NCBI GenBank assembly: GCA_008632985.1
Contig: QPGO01000123.1
Span: 62,001 to 126,000, forward strand
DNA: 64,000 bases
Reading direction: 5' to 3'
From: Psammoneis japonica
Lineage: Eukaryota
In this document: piece by piece, positions 56,398 to 64,000 of the stretch
Layout of the letters: the number at the start of each line of letters is the position of its first letter
Numbering within the stretch: position 1 is the stretch's first letter
Position numbers and translations under genes: made by a program
Notes under the pieces: model-generated
Databases searched by the model: none
Seen by the model: only the letters and a program-made list of their open reading frames with translations
What the model was told of the DNA's origin: nothing

Positions 56398-58173
56398 TTA
56401 AGCAAATAGACTCTTGATGACTGCCTGTACACTCAGCTTCTTCAAGTGATTGTACTTTTGTCCCGTCCCAACAAACACAACGGGAGCACCCGTGACATGC
56501 GTCATGGTCAATGCGGCTCCGACCTTGTCACTAACTGTATCAAACTTGGTCAGTACAATGCCATCAATTTGTCTGGAATGACCGCCCGATCTCAGCGCTT
56601 TGTTAAACATGGAAAGCTGGTCCATTCCATCGTTGCCCACGAGTGCCTCGCACACAAACAGGACCAGATCCGGTTGGTTCTCCACCACAAGCTTGGACAA
56701 GGCCTTCATGAGAGGCACGTTATTTTGCATACGCCCGGCCGTGTCCACCAAGACAACATCGTGCTTTTCTTCAGCAGCATGGGCAATAGCCGCCTTGGCC
56801 ACGGCGGCAGGGTCCTTGGCATATCCCTTGTGATAGAGAGGCACATCAAGACACTTGGCATGGACATTGAGCTGTTCGACCGCACCACTCCGAAAGGTAT
56901 CACAAGCCGCCAGCATGGGAGAGCATCCGTTGGATTTCAGGTAGTAGGCAATCTTCGCCAAGGACGTGCTCTTGCCGACTCCATTGATACCCACCATGAC
57001 AATCACATAGGGCTTACCGCCACCGCCGCCGCCAAAGAAACCACTCCCATCTCGCTTGGTTACAACCGAACGAAGCAAATCCACTTCTCGACCCTTGGTG
57101 GGTTTGAGAATCTTGGCAATGGCCACCTCCAACGCTTGTCGCACCGCCGTCTTGACGCGATGAAAGGACTGCATCTTTTTCCCCACCAGCTTGACTCGGA
57201 CTCCGTCACAAATTTCCTTGGCGATTTCACTCGCTACATTTTTCGACGTGAGCATGCGTTGCATATCCGCGAGTGGTGCCTCCAAGTCGGCTTGTGTCAG
57301 AACCTTGTTTCCCGACATTTGATCCATGAGTCCCTTGAGCGATGCTCCCCATCCAGCACTCGTCGTTGCATCATCATCATTATCGTCCAATTCTTCTTCT
57401 TGTTCCCACGCGGGTACTTCGTCCGAATCTGGTAAATAGGCGGCTCGGGCTTCTGCCAAGGCACGTGCATCGTCCACTTCAATCCCGCTCGCCACAACCT
57501 CCTTGGACCGATCCAGATTGGCCATGGCTTCCTTTGTTACCTTGGCATTTCCATCATGCCATACCGTCTTTTCCTTGCCCTTTTTTGGCTTGTTCTTTTT
57601 ACCCTCATCGACTGCTGCAGCAGCACGGTTTGTCGATTCCGTCATGATGACCGGTTCCTCGTTGTTGCTGCTGCTAGTACTGCTGGTTTGTTTCAACAAG
57701 ACGGAAAAGGTCGAATCAAACAGAGTGCTATCCAACACGGGTTGTTGCTCGTTCGATTGTGATGATTCAAACAAATCATATTCCTTGAGGGAAGACTGCA
57801 GCAAGTGTCGAATCCACACTACAGACTTGCGTCCCCGCAACACCACTTCGGGATACACTGCAATAGACAATTTGTCCATTGCGTCTTCCCATTCCACAAC
57901 GACTCCTCCATCCAGGGTGGTTCGTTTGGTTGTAATAGATTGAGTAGCATCCAATAGGGTCGAAGAGATGAATTTGTTAATCACTAAAGTCGTCTCTTGC
58001 AACAAACCATGGGAGGGGTCCTTGTATTGGTAGAGAACGAGACCGCCTGCAATTTTCAGACGAGAGCGAGTGTGAGTCAGAAAGAGGAATTGGCAACAGA
58101 ATACGTTAGATTTTCGACCTGGAAAAGTTATCTATTCCGTACCTTTTGAGATTATAGTTAGAGATTCAATCAT
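56398..58173 (-). CDS. SRPRA: Signal recognition particle receptor alpha subunit
   Basis: Exon 1 58173-58143 (MIESLTIISKG), GT-AG intron 58142-58047, exon 2 58046-56398. GINGVGKSTSLAK, ACDTFRSGAVEQL, DTAGRMQ, TKFD, FVGTGQ. Confidence 0.95.
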
Positions 58174-58249
58174 CCTTACAGTGTTGATCTTCGCTTCAGC
58201 GGCCCTCTTTACTTTATTACAGTAACTATGGAAGCTTGTGTGTACAGTA

Positions 58250-60780
58250 GGCCCTAGACATGAAAGCGTTGAAATGCAATGAGCAACAGGCAACAGGCGT
58301 AGGCAACCTCTTCCGTACCACTTACAGACCTCCCAGTTGGGAGTGGCAGCAGCAGGCATGCAACAGGAGTTGGCACGGAAGGCGCTGCATGCTGTACTTA
58401 CCGGTACACTGCAGGCGGGGCAGGACGAGGGAAAGAAGGGGCGCGCAAGACAGCGCGTAGGGCTGGAGCCAGCAGGGGAGGGGAGAGTGTGGGCGGCGGA
58501 ATGATGAACAATGTTGCATCCAAGAGTCTGCACTGGTGCAGCCCACTGAGAAGGAGAGGCAGAGCGGTGGGAACTGCCAAAGCGATCAGCAGCAATTTGT
58601 TGCCAGGTGAAATCAGCGGCAGGGGTGGGAGAGGGAGAGAGCGCAGGAGGCAGGAGGCATCGAAGGACGCAGTTGAGTGCTGCTGTGGGGAGGAGGAATC
58701 GGGCCAGGGAGGCTTGGGCTGAGAGGAGAAGGAGGGCAAAGAAGAGACAAAGAGAAATCAATGAAAGAAGTGACCAAGAACACCAAGACAATCAACAGCA
58801 AATGGAAGAAGAAAGATCCCAGCGGTGTTGAGGGGGGTTGAACAGCAAGAGAGACATCAGAGGAGAGGAGGCAGAAGGACCCAAAAACTTTGATCTCGCG
58901 CTTGTGTGGTGCACCTCAGCAAAAATGGGAGAAGAAGGGGCAGGCAGACCAGGAGGAGCTTTGCAGAGATGGAGGCAGGAGGGTGGAAATGCCAACATTG
59001 GCTGGGCAAAGGAGAGGCCGGTGTGGAAGGAGATTTGCGGGTTCAAGGTGAACATCACTGGGGGAGTGACAGAGCTTGGAGAGAGGACCAAGGGTGTGTG
59101 CAAGGACAAAGACAGCACCTCAAATGCCATTGGAGAGCTTGGACTTGTGACTGTGATTGCGTGCAAAAACATGATCGCCAAAAGCATCTGGTGGGGTGGC
59201 ATGACTGCAAGGACAAGGAGAGTTGACAAGGGAGGAAGCACCAGAAGATGAAGCTTGTGTTGGTGGACAGCCACAGTGCACTCATTGGAGGCAAGGTGGG
59301 AGACAGCAAAGCATTGGCAGAGGGGGCAAAGCGGGAGACTGGTGAGAGGGGACAGAAGAGAAGGAAGAGCAGTGTGAATGTCAGAGGGGGCACTGGCGCA
59401 AGAGCAGCAGCAGAAATTGTGCACTGTTGATGGGCATGGTGGAGCCATCAAGCCAGGCCAGGGAGTGTTGCCATCTTGACCAAGGCAGAGAGAGTTGGAG
59501 CAGCCAAAGATGAATCAGAAGAAAGGGCAGAAGTGAAATGGTGAAAAAGAGTGCAGAGACAGAGGTGGGAGCATGGATTGTTGTTCCAAGAGGAGAGGGA
59601 CAATTGAAAGCATCAAGGGAGCTCAAGGGTGTCACCAGAAGGAAGTTGAATCCTGTGGGTGGTGAAGCAGAGGGAGCAAAGAAGGGAGATGAGGAATGAT
59701 GGGATGGCAGCAGCAGCAGGATCCCAAAGGCCGAAGCCACCAAGAGCAGTGGGCAAAAAGGCATTGGCAAGAGAGAAGGAAGGAAGGGGATCCAGATGAG
59801 CAGAGGCATGACAGAGGAAGCAGTGGATGGCAGCAAGGAAAAAGTCTTGAAACAGAGAAGTCTAGAGGAAGGGATCAGGCAGGTCATCAGGGTCAAAGTT
59901 GCAGCAGAAATTGGCACCAAGAAGGCAAGCGGAGGAGGGAACAAAACAATGCCTAAAAAGCTGAGCCTGTGTTTGCTTGTCATGAAGGTGAGACAAAAGT
60001 TTGTCAACTTTGGAAGAGAGGGAGGAGGAAGCATTCAAAAGGAAGGAGTTGGTGAAGGTCTGGGAACCAAGGGGGGCAGCCTTGAGTGAAGCCTTCACAT
60101 TGGGTGAAAGAGCTCCAGATGGAATTGGGATGGCAATGCCAGCACTCATTAGAGTTCTGATGCGCAATGTCAAAAAGAAAGGGAGCAAAGGATGAAAGGA
60201 CTCTTGAGATGCCAGGATGTCATGGCAAGCATGATGAGAGACTTCATCAATCATGTTGAAAAGGTCAAGGAGAAGCAGGACTTTGGGGGGAGAAGCCAAA
60301 GAGAGACAATGCTGAGTGTTGGTGTGAGCAGAATGAACAAGGTGGTCAAGGCTGCCCTCGACACCAACTCCAAATTGACCATCAGGAAGGAGGAATTTGG
60401 CAAACTCAGAGAGACACCAGAGAGCTGCGCCAACACCAATCGGATGGAGCTCATCAAGATCAGCAGGATCTCTGTGAAGTGCTGCAACATGGTTGAAGAG
60501 AGGAAGGGATGAATGGAAGGTGGCACTGATCCATCAAGGACAGAAAGAAGGAGGGCTTGAAGGGAGGAGAAGCAAGGGCATTGAGAAGAGCAAGAGGGTG
60601 ACTTGGCAGAACACAAAGCACAAGCTTTGAGAAGATCAGCAGAGCCAGCAAAGACCCCAGCAGCAGCAGCTGGTTTGCATCCACTGAGAGCCAACAGAAG
60701 AGATTTGGGAGAAAGAGTGACACAGGGTCATTGTTGGGGGCAGAGGAGGAGCAAGGGGAAGGAGCTGAAGTGAGGTTGGG
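58250..60780 (-). mobile_element. Decayed non-LTR retrotransposon (RT, CRE-like)
   Basis: LHPIGVGAALW (RPIGVG-like), LLLLDLFNMIDEVS, QCEGFTQGCPL on the minus strand; strong purine skew; hypermutated. Confidence 0.65.
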
Positions 60781-62440
60781 TGGGTGGAGGCAGGGAGGAT
60801 AAAGTTCGAGCATTGAAGGGAGACTCTCCAGAGTGTCCAGAATGATCTTCCTCAGGACACCATCAAGACTTGGCACACTCCTTTCCATTTCAAAGCTGAC
60901 CATGGCACCACCTTTGAAGCCTCCCAAACCACAAAAAGATGCAGAGAAGGCAAAGCTCTTTTTCACAACCAACTTCTTCTTGAAAAAGAACATTGCATGC
61001 TGCTGCCAACCCAGAAACTGCAGCAGCACACAAGGTGGTGCAAACCAGCCATGGCCTCTCAGAGTGGCTCCAGCTTGTTGTTCTCCTGACAAATTGAGAG
61101 GCAAAGGTAAAGATTTCAATGTGCAGCAGCTGTGCATCTTGTGAGCCTTCTGTGCATCTTGGCACAGACTTGGGTGACACTCAAAAGAAAAGATTCTGGT
61201 GGTGGCCCTGTGAATGCTGATGATGTGATGTTGAGAGAGGTGAGAAAAAGATGCCGGAGCAGCATGGGGCCAAGCGCCAAATTGGCAGCACATCATCTCA
61301 ACACAGTTGGAATGAGAGGGTTCAGCATTCTGGAATTGTGAGTGTGCCACATGAACAGACCAAACTTAAGAACTGGCTGAAACTGCTTGCATGCTCTCCA
61401 TGCGGCAAGGCTGAGAGAGCTGTTTGAATGCTTGGAAGACACAAACAACAAGAAGGAAGAAATGAGAGCCACCCAGCTGCAAGAGCTGCTTCCAGCCACA
61501 AAGGCAGAGCTGCAAGAGAAGAATGGCAACATCAGGAAACTGCACACAAGAAGGGCTTGTGTGCCATGTTGTTTTTGTTGTGACTGTGCAAGTGGAGGCC
61601 AGCTCCCCTGCCTCAGCTTCAAAGTTTAAAGCAACGATCCAGTCTTTGGAATCAGGTGACACTGCAACTGAAGAAGTGGTCCAAGAGGTGTCAAAGTGGC
61701 ACACTCTGCCTGGTGCAGGAGGTGCAGCAGATGGTGGTGGGGAGGACAAGGGCAGTGGCCAGGGGAGTTGTGTGAATGGCAAAGTTGGGGGTGCCGCCGT
61801 TCCATCATCTTCTTGTTGTGATGAGTGGTCCAGACTGGTTTAGCCACAAGAAGTGTTTTTTAAAAGTGTTTGGTGTTGTCAAACAAAATGTTTTTATCTT
61901 TCATTCTGTTGTCCATGCGACTGTCTCCCACGGGCTCAGTGCCATGTTCATGGTGCACAATGTGACCCAAGCTCATCAAAATTCAGTGGAGCTTGTGGCT
62001 TGTCAAAATCTCCATGTCAAGCAGCAAGTGCTGGCCAGCTCCATGCACAGCCACCACCAGTGTCACCTGGGCTCGTGCTGTGCAGCCCAGTGCCACGAGA
62101 GCACCCCGCACTGCCATCGCGCCACGGTCGTGTGACACGTGCCTGCCACTGCGGTGCACCATGACGTGTGCCGCAGCCAATTCAACTCCCCATGCCCAAC
62201 TCCCCACTGCAGCAACCAGGAGGGTGCTGCGGTGCTGTGCATGGGGGTTGCACCCACAGATCCACTAACTTGGACACACAGCAGAGTGGATCATCATCTG
62301 GGTTCTCCACCAGCAGATTGCACGTTGCCGCGCACCACGTGGTGAAGACCTCCCCACAGGCTGTGGGGAGAACCCAGGCAGTGATTGCCACTGTCTGGAA
62401 CAAGTTGAACAAGTTAGAAAAGACGGCGTTGGCATGATGA
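58500..62440. other. CpG/TpA-depleted hypermutated block 5
   Basis: TA almost absent; CG reappears first at both edges. Confidence 0.85.
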
Positions 62441-62624
62441 TTATGCCACGGTTGGAGAAATTCAAATTTTGTTTCGTGTCTTGTACCAAGTTCCCAGTAG
62501 CTTCTACACACCGGCCCAAAATTGTCGAGATGATGAATGTGACTTTTTCGTACACAGCCTACGCGCTCGCTCGCGCCCGTTTTTCGATCTGTGCACTCGA
62601 AAATCGAAAAGCATCGCGTTGACC

Positions 62625-63328
62625 ATGGCAACTAGCAGCCGCCCCCGTAGCACTGACAACGATGGTGACAGAGGGCAACCAACCAAGAAGAAGAGGACCG
62701 ATTAGGCTCGTTCTCCAGGTGCTAGTGACCCAGTGATCTCACTGTCACAAGTTGCTGTCAGTCCTTCGAATGTAGCGACGTCACCTCATGATGCAGCTGC
62801 TCCGGAGTCGCTTGAAGCAGTTCTGAAATATGCTCGCGACGTCGTTACAGCCAATTTCACAGAGGCTGACTTTGTGGTGGAACTCATCGAATTGGTCCTA
62901 AGAAAATGGTATGACAAGTGCTCGAACGGCCAGGATACGGACGAACAGAAAAGATTCGTAAAGTCTCTAGCGGGATTCGAAGACACAAAAATCCAAGAGT
63001 CGATAAGAAAATCAATGCTTTGGTGGAGTATGAAAAGGGCCGCGTCGAAGTGGACAAATGCGAATTGCTGCATAAGTTGAGGACGTGGCACCTCGGCGAT
63101 GGTAGGTGCTCGCATGGTCCACCATTTCACTGCGGATTCTGTAACTACTTTATCGATTGTGCAGATACAGACAAAACAAACCGGAAAAAGATAAATGACG
63201 TTTGCCTGGAATATAAACACACATTGAATGAGAAGAGGAAAGTCTCGTTTCGTCACGTGCAAGCGGATGTTTCAGAAATGGTGAAATCAATATCCTCGAT
63301 CGTAACCCGTGACGATCTGATCAATTGA
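62625..63328 (+). CDS. Hypothetical protein interrupted by a stop and a frameshift
   Basis: Consecutive coding-like segments MATSSRPR..., 62733..63080 and 62918..63328; no recognised domain. Confidence 0.25.
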
Positions 63329-64000
63329 GAAACCCAGGGACTGAAAATCGTTGGTCCGTATTCGACAAGATTGTTACTGCGTATTTCGACACAGATAAGG
63401 CAAAAGCAATGAAGCCTGAATGGCGAGCATTTGCTCGCGAGTAAGTTTCCGTCTTGGTCGTTGTTGAAGTGAATTGGGACCAAACTGACTTATCCTTGTT
63501 TTCATCAGGTATCTTCGAACGCTTCGCAAATTCTGCAACCGTGATATTGTCCCAACTGAGAACGAAGGTAGTGAACGCGACATCGACCTTCACATTACTA
63601 CGATTTTGATACGGCACTAGAGCTATATGAAATGATGTTCCACTGTGGCGAATACAGTAGCTGTGCAAAGAAGGAGGTTGACCAAATGCGAAGAAACCTC
63701 GATGGCATCGTCAAGGCTGATAATAAGAATGATGTAGCGTTCTTTGAGAATAGTCTTCGAATGGATCCAAACACACAGATATATCATTCGAATGAAGATG
63801 ATGGAAAATTGCGACGTCAATGCATCGCTCGTGTCAAAGAGACTCGAAAGACGGGCGCTTCATTAGTAATTGATCCGGTTGCTGTGCAATTAGCCCGAGA
63901 GGAAAATGGCGAGGCCATCTCATCGGGATATTCCTTGAAGGTTCATCAAATGGTGGTCGGTCAAAGTGGCATTCTTGAATGGCACAAGCTTGCCGAGACC

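Noticed and set aside
8480..62440. Numerous 60-400 aa ORFs inside the depleted blocks (e.g. 42954..44162, 12559..13464, 60460..61350)
   Set aside because: They overlap in all six frames, are Tyr-free and Cys/His-rich, and are explained by loss of TAA/TAG codons.
63321..64000. Possible minus-strand gene end at the window edge
   Set aside because: Fragmented frames with no recognisable domain.

Overview
Eukaryotic nuclear DNA, most likely from a (pennate) diatom. This is an inference from short GT-AG introns, a bipartite plastid presequence, RXL-motif secreted proteins and diatom-type DIRS elements. Islands of ordinary genes alternate with five blocks of decayed DNA (~8.5-13.4, 21.2-23.2, 30.7-33.4, 40.8-53.5 and 58.5-62.4 kb) that have lost nearly all CpG and TpA dinucleotides. 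The genes are a Deltex E3 ligase, a Venus-flytrap receptor-PARP, a mitochondrial carrier, a sulfotransferase-like gene, homogentisate prenyltransferase, Rad54-bromodomain, GH3, two secreted RXL paralogs, an EngB GTPase, a Crinkler-type NTPase-REase, a GLUG protein, an acetyl-CoA hydrolase-GNAT fusion and SRP receptor alpha. First main observation: an intact gene and its decayed duplicate in the same window show directional TpA->TpG/CpA plus CpG->TpG/CpA hypermutation, a RIP-like but apparently one-sided process that includes A->G. Second: a single-pass receptor mono-ADP-ribosyltransferase (VFT-TM-PARP-WWE) sits head-to-head with a DTC-RING-DTC Deltex ligase. Several otherwise intact genes carry single-base frameshifts, probably assembly errors. 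All domain calls are by-eye motif recognition, and counts are hand counts.
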